Under the pieces are notes generated by a model, which saw nothing but the letters and a program-made list of their open reading frames with translations, did no database searches and had not been told where the DNA came from. The translations under genes were made by a program, and so were the position numbers. This document shows positions 1 through 12,605 of a stretch of 64,000 nucleotides of DNA, piece after piece; within the stretch, counting starts at the first letter, position 1; every line of letters begins with the position of its first letter. The stretch spans positions 290,594,001 to 290,658,000 of the forward strand of contig OZ024742.1 in the NCBI GenBank assembly GCA_964016885.1, written 5' to 3'. This stretch comes from Eledone cirrhosa (lineage: Eukaryota).

Positions 1-3000
1 TTGTTAATGCTACTAGGGGTTAGATGTATATTGTTTTTGAGAGTTTTCATGGCCATTTTACCATCCTGCCACCTCGTGTGACATAAGGTTGTGTGGTATG
101 CAGTGTTTGCGGTGAAGGTGTTGGTGTGGGAGTGTATGTACGAGGTATGTCAGGCAGTGTAATGGGACTTTCAGAGAAAGCCTTCTTTGCTCTGTCAATG
201 GATATTGTCTCTTTTCGACCATTGACAGCCACTGTGAAATGTTTGAGTGTGTGCGAAAGCACACGAAAAGGTCCATTGTAGGGTGACGTAAGCGATCCCT
301 TGATGGAATCATTCCGTATAAAAATATGTGTCCACGTAGAGATGTCCGATTGGACAGCAGAAGAAATAGACTGCTCACAAGGGTTCATAGGTGGAATATC
401 TGAGAAATATGAATGAATCCAGGTGACATATGATGCTGGGTCAAGATGTGATGAATCCACCGGCGCTAACATTTGTCCAGGAAGAGTCAATGTGGTACCA
501 TAAAGAAGTTCAGCAGAAGAAAAACCTAAATCTGTCTTAATGGCAGAACGACAACCAAGAAGCACGATTGGCAAAAATTTGGTCCAACTTTGCAGGTCAG
601 GAGTAGCGCGAAGTGCAACTTTCAACTGTCTATGAAACCTCTCCACCATTCCATTGGAGGCTGGGTGATATTTCACGAAATAAGGAAGCTTCAAATTGGT
701 GTCCACGATCCGTAGTTATTCTAGTAGGAACACCAAAGCGAGCAATCCAATTGGAAATGAAAGCTTGGGCGACGGACTCTGCTGTTATGGCCACTAGGGG
801 TATGGCTTCAGACCACCGAGAGAAACGATCGATACAAGTCAATATATATGTGAACCTACGACTAATGAGCCACGGACCAATGTGAGTATGACGGAAACGT
901 GCGTCTGGCGGGCTGAATTTCTCAAGAGGTGCGCGGACATGCTGATAAATCTTAGAGCGCTGACACTTCAAACAAGAACGTGCCCAACCGGTGATTAAAC
1001 GACGCATATTAGGCCAGAAAAATTGAGCCGTAATAAGCTTCACCATGGCAGCTATGCCGGGATGTGACAAGGGATGAAGTGCATCAAAAACGGTACGCTG
1101 ATGACAATCTGGAACAAGTGGTCTGCGTGAGCCAGTAGAAATATTGCAAAGAATTTTTCCTTCAGCAGATGGAAGAGGTAATTATTCAAATTTACTGCAG
1201 GAAAGCTTGGTAGAAGAAATGTCCAATGAATCCAAAGTAGGTTGGTTAGTTGCTATGGCAACCAAATCGATGTGTGCAGGAGACTCCAGAGAACACACAG
1301 AAAGTCGAGATAGTGCGTCCGCGGGTATGTTGGCAGTTCCAGTTATATGACGAATGTCACTGGTATACTGGGAGATGAGATCCAGATGCCTATACGCTCT
1401 CAGAAAGTACCTGTCGGACTTGGTTTGAAGAGCGAATGTGAGTGGTTTATGGTCTGTGAATACCATGAACTCCGTACCTTCAAGAAGATGGTGGAAGTGT
1501 CTCACAGCAAGATAAATTGCTAAAAGCTCTCTGTCAAAAGTACTGTACCGTTGTTCTGCTGGTTTTAGTTGGCGTAGAAGAATGCCAGTGGTTGAACCTG
1601 GTGGTCGATTGCATGTTGCAAAGCTGCTTCAACAGCATGATCGGATGCGTCAACAGATAAAGAAAGTCTCGCATTTGCAACAGGATCGGTGAGGAAGGAA
1701 ACTTCAGCTAGCTCAGACTTGACGGGTTCAAAAGACTGCAAAGTGAAATAGGAGCATCTTTCTTTTTTGCAGCTCTTAAAAACTGTGTCAAGGGGAATAA
1801 CTTGTCCGCACAGTTAGGAATGAAGCGACGATAAAAGTTAATTAATCCCAAGAAATGACGTTATTGTTTCAAGGAGGTGGGTGGTGCGATATGCTGAATC
1901 GCTTCTACCTTAGATGGCAAAGGTCGTATGCCTTCCTATTCTATAAGATGTCCAAGGAATTTCAGTGAAGCTGTACCAAGCACACATTTAGCTGGGTTGA
2001 TTCTGACTTGGTATGATCGAAGACGTTGAAATAACTGGGATAGATGTTGATGATGGTGTTCATCCGAGTCACTGGCTATCAGGAGATCATCCACGTAAGC
2101 AAACATGAAATCCAATCCACACGTGACTTCATCGATAAAACGCTGTAACGTGCTAGAGGCATTCCACAAGCCAAAGGGCATGGACAGAAATTCAAACGAA
2201 CCAAAAGGGGTGGTCACAGCTGTTTTTGGTATGTCTTCTGGATGCATGGGTATTTGATGGTAAGGCCATACCAGATCTATTTTAGAAAATATCTTGCATC
2301 CATGCAGAACGGATGAAAAATCCTGTAAATTTGGTAAAGGATAATGATCAGGTGTAGTGATGGCATTAAGTCGTCTATAATCTCCCACAGTTCTAAAATC
2401 CGCTTCACCTTACGAGCCAAGTGAAGCGGAGATGCCCATGGACTTTAGCCTGTCCAGAGCCAACCTACGTGGACGAGAAAAAACAGGCGGAGCAGTTGTT
2501 GTAATAAAGTGTCGAGTCGAGTGGACTACCTGATTCGGTTTAAATGAAATGTCAGTTAACTCGGGGAAACGAGGCAAGAAGTGAATGAAACTGGTTTCCA
2601 GAGGCAGCTATAAAACATGCGGGACTTATGACAGTAGCAGTAGACCTACGAGCAGGCATAGATAAGGATGTGGTACCATCCATAAGTTTCTGTCTCCTGA
2701 CATCTACCAACAGTGAGTAGTGGTGTAAAAAATCAGCACTGAGAATAGGATGAGGTAGGTCCGCAATGACGAAAATCCATTTGAAATCTCGACGTAAATC
2801 CAATGATGAAGATATTTGTCCATAAGTTTTTATAGGAGACTGGTTTACTGCATACAAGGAAATGCCGGAAAGATTTGGCTTGGTAGAGCTGATCCGAAGA
2901 GGCCAAATACTGCAACTAGATCCTGTGTCCACCATAAATGATCTGTTTCAGACTCGGTCTCTGATAAAGAAAGCACGATAAGGTGAATTAATGAGGTCGA

Positions 3001-4078
3001 GGTCTGCCATGCCCAAACTCTCCAATTTTAGTTTTCTGAGGTCTCGAAAGAGCAGGGCTGAATACAATGTTTCGCCTTTTCACGAAAACGCACATGATAC
3101 CAACACAAAGACGAGTTGTTGGTGGGGAGGTTGGCGCGACGATGAAGAGGAGACCAATTCCGTGAACGCCACCTGGATGGCGTTCGCTCCCAACACAGTT
3201 TAGCCATTTGACGAGTTAATGCGTCAATGGCTCTCAACATTGAGTCCTAACGACGTGAAACAGGCTGTGTTTTAAAGGTAGAAGAAGCAATGAGTGGATC
3301 TGCCGAAGTAGGCAAACGAGAAAATTCCATAATGCGATCCGCCGAGGCTGCAATTTGTTCCAGAGAACTGGTGTTGACCATATTTGCCAATATGGTCTGC
3401 ACATTTGTTGGCAAACGGGAGAAGAAGAATTGTTTCACGAAAGAGTTGTCCTCTGCTGTTGAGTCGCTCAGTTCCCGGATGCGCCATCAAAACTGAGACG
3501 GGCTTCTGTCTCCCAAGTTTTCCTCCAACAAGTAACGAAATCTGCTCTCAGACGAACGGCTGTTCCATCTGAGCACTTCTGCCTTTAGGGTCACCAGAAT
3601 ATGTCGGTAACGAAGAATTGCTCATGATGAACACAGTAGCCGCTGAGCGAAATTTTTTTCCAACTACCGCACACGTGGTTTAACTTTCATGAACCCGCCA
3701 ACGACAACATATTTGAAACGAAAAAATTAGCTGTATTTTCAAAATTATAGGCACACGTGGTAATATAATGAATAGCTGAAGTAAAATGTAGCACCGAGCA
3801 AGTAAGATGGCGACTTCAAAAACGAAAGCTTGGTTGAACTGATGACACGAGGGACAAAAGTTTTTGTTTTCTATTTTTGTTCGCCCCACACGAACTGACT
3901 GAAATAAAACGAATTTCCTGGAGTCGTGAATAATTTTTTTCTGTGTAGTTGTTGGGTTTACCATTTTAGTGGAGTTGTTTAGCAATATATTGTGTAGCAA
4001 TAAATTGTAATGGTGTATGAAAACATTTGTCACTACTTTTATACGCTTTTGAATAAATGAATTTGTTTTGCTGCGTGT

Positions 4079-4090
4079 TCGGGGTCACCA
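4079..4090 (-). promoter_or_regulatory. Primer-binding site (tRNA-Trp type) of the Gypsy element
   Basis: Minus strand reads TGGTGACCCCGA, complementary to a tRNA-Trp 3' end, upstream of gag. Confidence 0.7.
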
Positions 4091-4092
4091 CT

Positions 4093-4224
4093 TTTAGTGA
4101 GTTAGTCCCAGGGTTACTTACTCCAGTAAGTACCACTGGATCCCAACTACTAAATTTAATAAAAATAAGAGATAGGAGAATTTTCATACAATTTCATGCC
4201 GTGTGAGAATTATCTTTCACTACA
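4093..4224 (-). repeat. Putative short 5' LTR of the Gypsy element
   Basis: Bounded by T[T]TAGTG...CACTACA (TGTAGTG/CACTACA termini with one mismatch), 2 nt from the PBS. The partner LTR is outside the window, so this cannot be confirmed. Confidence 0.4.
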
Positions 4225-4296
4225 TTTGAAGTAATAACTGAAGCATAATAAGTTTCTCAAAATGAGTATCAAAATGACTTGCGTTTATTGTAGTCC

Positions 4297-4312
4297 ATGA
4301 ATTACATATGTG
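4297..4312 (+). CDS. Possible short first coding exon of the macro-PARP gene (MNYIC-)
   Basis: ATG at 4297 follows an in-frame TAG and ends at a phase-1 G|GTAAG donor that matches the phase-1 acceptor at 4561. It could be chance; the true upstream exon may lie outside the window. Confidence 0.25.
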
Positions 4313-4560
4313 GTAAGCATGTTTGCACTTGATGTGATCACTTCAAGGGTTGACCGGCAAAAGAGAGAGAGATGACTTTCAGTTCACTCTTTTATAACGG
4401 AAGTTTTAAAGAAGGTTCTAGAATTTCAACGGGAAGTAACTCTAGCTACTTCCCTTGTCTAGAGAGCGCTACACAGCTATTGTGAACATATTAATATACA
4501 ACCAGTGTGAACATATGGAATTCTCAAGTATATTTTGAATTGTTTTCTGCTATTTTTCAG

Positions 4561-4797
4561 ATGCTAAAATGGATGTCAAAAAGAAGTTTCATTTTGTCAA
4601 CAAACAAACTTTGAGTTTAAACTTGAATGAAACTCTTGGTTGGCAAAACAATGCAATGATTGTCTCGAATGTCACCAAAGACACTTCTGAAAAAAAGTTG
4701 ATTGAGTTTTTGGAATTGAATGTGAAGGTAGATGTTCTATTTATCTCACCTGGAGAAACACCTGGAACTTTTCTGGTATATTGCCAAGATGGAATTG
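4561..4797 (+). CDS. PARP14/PARP9-like macro-PARP, exon A (RRM-like)
   Basis: ttttcag acceptor, G|GTAGGT donor, phase 1-1. Encodes AMIVSNVTKDTSEKKLIEFLELN...GTFLVY, resembling PARP14-type RRM repeats; in frame with the next exon. Confidence 0.75.
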
Positions 4798-5252
4798 GTA
4801 GGTTACCCAAAGCTCTTGATACCAAACCACCTGAAACCAGTCATGGTTCTATGATACAAATCTGTTTCTTTTAAAATGTTTATATTTCTCAAAATATTTT
4901 ACATCATAATTTTATGTAAGAACTTTGTTTAGTTATGCTCCATTTACCAACTTAGTAATGAAAAAGTTAGTTAAATGACTAAATCCCTTCAAATATTTAA
5001 ATATTTTTAAGCAGTGACTTTTACTAAAAATATGGTAACAAAAAGGTTAAAGTGTATATATTTATCTAAAGCCATTCCATTTTATGTAATAATCTTTATG
5101 TTCCAAACACCAGCTTAATAATGAGAAAGTTAGTTATATTATTAATTCATTCTGAAATGAAAATTATTTGAAAAATATAAGCAATATCCTTCATTAGAAA
5201 TATGGTAACAAAAGGGTTAATGATATATATACATTCTCTGTATTTATAAAAG

Positions 5253-5486
5253 ATTTTGAAGATGTCAAGAAGGCATGTTTGAAGAACAGCTTAATGGAAA
5301 ATCACCTGACTGTGGATAAGTGTAAAGAAATAAATAGTATTCTGGTGAAAACAACTTCACACACTACCTCTTCCATTATTCAATGCTATTTTGAAAACAA
5401 GAATAAAAGTTCTGGTGGACTCCTTGCTTCAAAACCTGAAGAAGTAACTAACAATACTTATATGGTAACTTTTCAAGAGAAATCAG
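5253..5486 (+). CDS. PARP14/PARP9-like macro-PARP, exon B (RRM-like)
   Basis: AG acceptor at 5251-5252, G|GTAAG donor, phase 1-1. Encodes SILVK...QCYFENKNKSSGG...YMVTFQE, the YFEN..SGG motif of PARP14/PARP10/NMI-type RRMs. Confidence 0.85.
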
Positions 5487-5659
5487 GTAAGCTGTTTTCC
5501 GCTCTCTCTTTTTATCTGGTCTCCCACACAGTACTGGGTGTTGTTGTTGTTGCTGCTGCTGCTGTTGTTGTTAGGGCAATTGTTTGGCAGAATCATTATA
5601 GTATTGGACAAAATGTCTTGTGGTAAGGGCCAGTGGTACCATTAAGGTTAACTAACAGC

Positions 5660-8040
5660 AAGGCCAGATTCCGACCTTGGGGGTCCTGGAGCACTTCAGG
5701 TTTGGTGTCCTCTTTCATACACTAAAATAGAATACACAGAAAACCTTCAAATTTACATATCAAAATCTTCTTACTTCATGTAATTGGAATTGACAAATTG
5801 TATATACATACACATGTTAAATGGAAAATATAACATGGAAATGTATATATATACAAATGGAAATATATATAATATGTAAATGCTAAATGTTATACATAAA
5901 TGTACTGAGCAATTAGTGTCAGTGCTGTTGCAGAGTTACACTAAAAACTTAGGCCAAAAACATCCCACATCTATCATAGGACAGTAAAAAAATCTGTCAA
6001 TGCTAAACATTATCTAAACTAAGTAGAGTAAGTTATGCCTATTTAGATCTAAGTGCATCACTACAATACCGACAAAAAGTCTTTCTGCACTTGGCATTTA
6101 AAAATCTTTAATTAACTCATTAAACTGCATCATCTTCAGAACACTACTTTCTACATCCTGTAGGCACAGAACACTTAGTCCTTATGAGGGCCAATTTGTT
6201 GAATGATTTCTCTCCTGGACACCTAGTAACTATTAAGCTCAAATATGTTATAAGCACTTCATCAACACTTGGAAGAGTATCAGTAAAACTGACTGTTGAG
6301 ATGGCATGAATCATGACCTGAACTTGGAAAAGGCTGCAAAGTGGACAAGTTCTATTAACACATTACTAAAATCATAGGGAAAAGTAGTGATAAGTTACTC
6401 AGCTTCAGTTCTTATCTCTGCACGAGGGAAGCTACAGAAATTTACTATTGTTTGAACTTGTCATGCACTAATTCATAAGCTACCCTATGGACTAGGTGCT
6501 TTTGCATAACCACCCTACAGGTTGGATTGGATTACGTGCGTATGTTGTGGCACCACAGCACAGTGGGAGAGAAAGCGACATATCAAATGGGTGGCCTTGA
6601 AGAGAATGAACTGTGCTTGGTAGTGTATTGTGGAATGTGCCCAGTTTTCCATGCATGAGTTGGACTGAAAAGGTGTATTAGAAATTTGGCAGGGAATAGG
6701 TGGGAGCACATCATTATCATTGTTAAACATCTTTTGCCAGACAGTCTATCACATTCTGTGACTAGGCTGGACAGGTGACTACAATCAGTTTATATGTTGT
6801 TTTGTTTTGGTATTACCCCTGTTGGCTTGATGCCCTCCCTAACTCCATTAGAGCATTTTATCATGCTACAGAGTGGGACATGTCCAGCTTTCCATGTTGG
6901 CATTAGTTGAATGTGGAAAAGGGGAGGTGTATCCATCTCTGTGTTGGTATGGGTTAGGCTAGGATAGGAGGAGACTGGCTGTCTTTACATGTTAGAAAGA
7001 GTTGGACAGGATGAGCAAGGTGTGGGAAGAGCTAGGCATTAAAAGTCCCACAGGTGAGTTTTTTTGGGGTGGGTGGGGTGGGGTGACAACCTCTTCTGAG
7101 ACTGATGTTGAACTTACATCATATTTGATTCTTTTTCTTAGCAGCCTCCTGGCTGTCATTTTATAGTCTGTGATGGCATCCAGTTTCAATTCTTCATACC
7201 TATTCCGAATGAATCTCAGAAACTTTTCCAGAATCAGTTAGATCCACCACATTATTCAGGTCAACTTTAACTCTTTGAAAAGTTTTATTTGTGCTGTTGA
7301 AGTACAAGAATGAAGTTCCATCTTTTGGCCATCAGAGCAATTTCAAGATTTCATTTTGTTTGCCAATTGTCTGTACTTCATATCTTGCTTCAGGTGTTTG
7401 CTCCAAGTCACTTTCAATATCTTAGAATGTATTTTCAATGCAGTTGTACCCATCTATGTGGACTTCAGTAATTTTAACTCTTGCTGACCAATGTATGTGT
7501 AACAACAACTTTCTAGTTAATGTTTATATATATCCTTTCAAAGACTTCATTAGATTTGCTTGTCTCTGTGTTGATGCAAACAAACAAAGTGTATCAAGCC
7601 AAAATAACTGACAGCTTCAGTACAACAGTAAGTAATAGCCTGTTCAACATGATTCACTGAATTAGCAGCATATGGAGTAGAGACTGCTGCTGCATTCTTA
7701 TCCTTAAGTCAAGCTTGCATTTCTGTATAGTGACCAGAAATATTGTTGGTATTGTCATAGGACAACCCACTGCAGTTTTCAAAATCAATTTCTTCAGTTT
7801 TTAAAAATTCTATCTAAGAGGTAGCTAGTACTTCGGCCTTGTGAGAACCAGCTTGCAGGAAAATAAGAAAAAAAATTTCTACTGGCTCTCCAGTGGATGA
7901 TGTCTGACACATTGTGGGATATGCTTGGCTTCCCTTGAGGGACTAAAAGAGGGTGTTTATATGCTACTTGCAGTGGGGTGGGGGTGGAGGCCACGAGATT
8001 ATAGGTGGATGTCTGGCTTTCCTAGGTTTGATGTCTGGGG
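5660..8040 (-). mobile_element. Highly degenerate hAT (ZMYM1-like) DNA transposon relic; boundaries approximate
   Basis: Minus strand near 6080-6290 translates to DTLPSVDEVLITYLSLIVTRCPGEKSFNKLALIRTK...FNELIKDF.NAKCRK, the hAT C-terminal dimerisation signature (FPN..ERSFSKL). A GC-rich terminus-like sequence lies near 5660. Confidence 0.55.
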
Positions 8041-8985
8041 CAAAATGTTAACTGATCAACATGAACCATATTTGCTGTTGAATCATCTTCAAACGTGATT
8101 TTATATGAGAACCATATGTTAAGTTGCCATCTTAACCTTTAGCATGCTGAATTTTTTTAATGAATTGCTTCCCTTGACCCTGCATTATATATTAAGGGGA
8201 GATCACTCTGTTAGTGACATAAGATGTTTAGAGTGTTCAGAAGGTTAATAATGAAATAATTAATAATTTTACAATATCCTTCAAAATTCTTCATTATTTA
8301 ATTGAAATACTGCATTTCATTAAAAATATTGGATCAATATTTCATTTACAAAAGAAACAATAAAAAAAGAAGGAAAAAATGGCAACACATGCACACTCAG
8401 TTGCACACTACAGATAGAAAATGCTGTATCGCTTATAAAAACTCTTTGAAGAAAGTGAAGACAGTTTCAGCATTACTGTGAGTGATAGCGAAACTAAGAC
8501 ACTGAAATAACTAAGCTTCCTCATGAGCATCATCTTATATTTCAGTAAAATATGTCATCAATGATGACAAAAACATTGCTGTCAGAAGTCCAGCTATCAC
8601 AAATGCTCAATTACCACAGAGAAATAGGATTTACCAAATGAAATTGTTTTTTTCAGTAGTTTATTCACCACCTTCACAGTAGTATATAGGATGTAAGATA
8701 GAGTGAAAGAGTCACTGATAGTGGCATCTTATCTAACCCATGGGCAAATTGTAAGACCACCAAACCTCTTCCCATTAAACCATATATTTGTTGATACAGC
8801 TCTCACCTGTAGCTGACCTCCTTTGAGGCTGTATCTCCTAGGGAGTTTCTCAGGAGTTTTAATGATAAGGGTCCCAGTTCTATCATATATATATATATAT
8901 ATATATATGCATATATGTGTAAATGAAGTAATTCCGTCGGAAAAGTCCAGGAAAAAAGAGTGCTCTATGTAGGTAACAGAGCTTA

Positions 8986-9245
8986 ATAGTTATGTAATAA
9001 ACAACATAAGGCAATTATTCCATTTACCAGTGGTTTCTTAAAAGCAAAAAATTTTGCTTTCAATCCTCAGAATGAAAAAATCCTGATCTGTTTATTGAAT
9101 TTGGATTTTAAAAACCTTTTTAAAATCCAAATTCAATAAACAGACCAGGATTTTTTCATTCTGAGGATTGAAAGCAAAATTTTTTGCTTTTAAGAAACCA
9201 CTGGTAAATGGAATAATTGCCTTATGTTGTTTATTACATAACTAT
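8986..9245. repeat. Near-perfect palindrome (about 129-bp arms, 2-nt loop)
   Basis: 8986-9114 is the reverse complement of 9117-9245 with one visible mismatch, centred on CC. Flanked by (TA)n; the arm sequence resembles 43930-44030. Confidence 0.92.
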
Positions 9246-9264
9246 ATGCATATATATATATATA

Positions 9265-10982
9265 CTAGCAGTTTAGCCCGGCGTTGCTCGGGTTTGTTCA
9301 TTTGCTATGAAAAGTTACAGGTAAACGTGGCTTGAAAGCGAATAAGCTTATCAATTAAGTGCATAAAGCAGTTGAACCGGTTATTAAAAGTCACGAACCA
9401 ATTAACATTTTGGACAATCAATGATGGGTTAATAATCTTCCAATAGCAAATTTAGCAGACCAAAGTTGCAAGATGGTGGCCCTGATGCCGCTGGGTGTCA
9501 GATCTGTCCGCCATGGGTGACCCTACCAGGAAATAGTTTTCCAGATGGCATAGCTCCAATACCTCCAACACCTGCACCAACATCTATAGCACCTCTTTGT
9601 AGACGATATTGCGTGTCATCCCTTGAGGAGTGTAAGCAAAAAGTCCATTCCTGCTCCCTACGCGGGAACAGGCAACATAAAGTTGGCCATGGGAGAAGCA
9701 TGGCTCCCCCAAATGGATGCCCGCCACCGACAATGTTTGCCCTTGTGACTTGTTAATGGACATGGCAAAACATGGTCTCACCGGGAATTGGGATCGCCGG
9801 AAATCGAACGGGATATTTGATGCCGAGGGGAAAAGGTTCATCCTTAGCAGTGTATTCGGCAGAATTACCAGAAGTACAACACTATGGGTGTTTAAATAAT
9901 TTAAACATTCCGTGTTATATGAAGTGTTAATTTGCAGGTTGTTATTTGCAATAAGGCGATTTAAAATGCCCCAGAAAAGCCGTATGACAATACGGAACTC
10001 CAATGACTCCCCCAGCAGTTAAATTATAGAGAGGGGGAATAATCTATTATAGAGAGAGGGAAGAGCGACGGAGATAGTAAAGCTAAGAAACTATAAGGAG
10101 GTGTGTAAAACAGTGTTGTCATATAGAAAGTGAAGAGCGACAGAGAGAGTAAAGCAGTTAAATTATAGAGAGGGGGATGATCTATTATAGAGAGAGGGAA
10201 GAGCGACGGAGAGAGTAAAGCTAAGAAACTATAGGGAGATGTGTTAAACCTTAAAGCATGAAGAGAGTAAAGCAGTTAAATTATAGAGAGGGGGAATAAT
10301 CTATGATAGAGAGAGGGAAGAGTGACGGAGAGAGTAAAGCTAAGAAACTATAGGGAGATGTGTTAAACCTCAAAGCATGAAGAGAGTAAAGCAGTTAAAT
10401 TATAGAGAGGGGGAATAATCTATGATAGAGAGAGGGAAGAGCGACGGAGAGAGTAAAGCTATGTTTGTTGTATAAATTGATGTGTTGCTTAGTTTTCAAA
10501 GTTTATGTCGTGTTGATAGGGTAGTAGAGGGAGGCATTAACCTTTTAAAGAGAGTTGCAGAGGAAATTGAGAGGGGAGTAGAGGGAGGCATTAACCTTTT
10601 AAAGAGAGTTGCAGAGGAAATTGAGAGGGGAGTAGAGGGAGGGATGAACCTTTTAAAGAGAGTTGCAGAGGAGATTGAGTGGATTAGAGGGAGGGACGAA
10701 CCTTTTAAAGAGAGTTGAAACATGTATGTAGTTTCATAGATTGAGGGTAGTAGAGAGAGGCATTAAGCGTGTAAGAGAGAGGGTTACAGCATGTATTTAG
10801 TTTTATCGATTTCTTTCATAGAAGCAGGAAATTATTTGGCAAAGTTTATTACGCGTTGACGATCGTTGGTAAATTTGGAACACATAGGAAACAAAATCAT
10901 CAAAATCGGTAGAGAAATGTGGAAATGCATAAAAATCATACACACACACAGACAGACATCTTCTGTTTTACATATATACAGA
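9265..10982 (-). mobile_element. Non-autonomous Helitron carrying a PIF1-helicase C-terminal fragment
   Basis: Minus strand A|TC...CTAG|T ends with a subterminal hairpin (9276-9293). ORF 9584-10003 encodes RSQFPVRPCFAMSINKSQGQTL...FSHGQLYVACSRV...TRNIVYKEVL. Confidence 0.9.
10012..10717. repeat. Two minisatellites inside the Helitron (about 120-bp unit x ~4; 54-bp unit x ~3.5)
   Basis: GCAGTTAAATTATAGAGAGGGGG recurs four times in 10012-10460. AACCTTTTAAAGAGAGTTG recurs at 54-bp spacing in 10520-10717. Confidence 0.85.
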
Positions 10983-11309
10983 TATATATGTATATATCAT
11001 CATCGTCGTTTTTATGTCAGTTTTTCTGCATTTGTATGGGTTGAACAGGACCTTCTTAACACCACATTGCTTAGGTTACTTCATCATCTCTGTGAATTTC
11101 AGCAATTTCAGGTCAGCTCTCACCACCTCTACTCAGGTCTTTCTTTACTTACCTCTATGTTGCTTCCTTTCACTGGGAATTCCAGGCATGTGTATGAGTA
11201 TGTATATATATATATCATCATCATCCTCATCATCATCATCATCATCATCATCGTATATATATATATAGGGCCTAGCTAAGTACCTCTATATATAGGGCCT
11301 AGCTAAGTA

Positions 11310-12152
11310 CCTAGCTAAAAGTAAGCCACTCTACCTGGCGTTCGTCGATCTGGAAAAAGCCTACGACAGAGTCCCCCGTGCTATAATCTGGTGGGCTCTT
11401 AGAAAATTAGGAGTAGATGAATGGCTTGTGAAAGCTGTACAAGCCATGTATAGGGGAGCAGTCAACAAAGTTAGAGTTAGCAATGAGTATAGCGAGGAAT
11501 TTAGCATACAGGTCAGTGTCCACCAGGGCTCAGTTCTTAGCCCTCTCCTGTTTATTATAGGTTTGCAGGCAATAACGGAGGAGTTTAAGACCGGATGCCC
11601 ATGGGAACCCCTGCATGCAGATGATCTCGCACTTATAGCTGAATCCATGGTGGAACTAGAGAAGAAATTCCAAACATGGAAGCAGGGACGAGAAGGAAAA
11701 GGTCTCAAAGTCAACCTGACAAAGACTAAGGTTCTTGTAAGTAGCTGAAAAAACAGAACCCAGATTCCCTCAGGGAAATGGCTTTGCTCAGTATGTAGGA
11801 AAGGTGTAGGTAGGAACTCCATCCTCTGCCCCAAATGCAAACAATGGGTACACAAGATATGTAGTGGGATCTCAGGAAGTTTAACTAAGAATGTAGGCTT
11901 CATATGTAGCAGCTGTGCTGGGAGAGCAAGCAGCAAACAGCCACAGGAAACAAGCACCACCAAACTCTGGGAGGGCTCTGTAGAAACAGTAGACAGCTTC
12001 TGCTACCTAGGTGACCGAATTAGCAGCGGAGGTGGGTGTTCAGAAAGTACAATAACTAGGGTAAGAACGGGATGGAAGAAGTTCATGGAGCTACTGCCAC
12101 CTCTAGCTGCAAAAGGAGAAAGGCAGACTGTATGATGCGTGTATACGAACAG
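11310..12152 (+). mobile_element. RTE LINE internal fragment (RT and PHD-like finger), sense orientation
   Basis: Encodes LAFVDLEKAYDRVP, VHQGSVLSP, HADD, WLCSVCRKGVG; colinear with the RTE at 31037-33745. Confidence 0.85.
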
Positions 12153-12338
12153 TGACTAATCGGCCTGATTTGCATATTAACAGACTGGCTGATCAGGCAA
12201 TCCCGGCAATTTATCGTATACAGGAAACTGATTGACCAGTCTGCTGATATGCAAAGCTGGCTGATCAGTGGATCTGCTAATATGCAAATCTGACTGATCA
12301 GCCAGTCTGCTAATATGCAAATCAGGCCGATCAGTCAC
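12150..12338. repeat. Small foldback/MITE-like element with ~33-bp internal subrepeats
   Basis: AGTGACTAATCGGCCTGATTTGCATATT...AATATGCAAATCAGGCCGATCAGTCACT inverted ends; CTGCTAATATGCAAA-like unit repeated three times. Confidence 0.7.
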
Positions 12339-12605
12339 TATGTATTTTTGAAAATAGCATATATTTTCACTAGCTCTGACAGTTTGGCAGGTGAACAGTG
12401 AGCTGTACTGATGAAGGGTGATACCCAGAAACATTAGTGTCTGCAGTTCTATTCACATGACAACACAAGAGCAAGAATGAAGTGTTCATTCTACTGACAT
12501 GGCTATAAAATTGAGGCTTGTTTGCATAATTGCAAACGAATTAAATGTTATTATTAATATTCGAAAAACTCAAATTACATTTATTATATTATATATGTAT
12601 GTATA

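Larger units (their letters stand above)
47..4224 (-). mobile_element. Degenerate Ty3/Gypsy LTR retrotransposon (gag-PR-RT-RH-INT), 3' end beyond left edge
   Basis: Frameshifted minus-strand ORFs in Gypsy order: gag (FFSRLPTNVQTIL; CWYHxxFxxxAxxCxxPC, 3028-3438), protease VDTGSS (2552-2935), RT DYRRLN...YVDD (1936-2388), RNase H FTDHKPL...NIPADALSR (1182-1505), integrase HPG...CLKC, TTDRGHQF, SNGMVERFHR (47-1070). Confidence 0.92.

Noticed and set aside
5487-5626. Hydrophobic VVVVAAAAVVV tail of ORF 5279-5626 as a transmembrane segment
   Set aside because: Lies beyond the GTAAG donor and derives from a (GTT)n(GCT)n microsatellite.
10482-10723. Regular 54-bp repeat resembling a CRISPR array or repeat protein
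   Set aside because: No unique spacers and no cas genes; it is a tandem minisatellite inside a eukaryotic Helitron.
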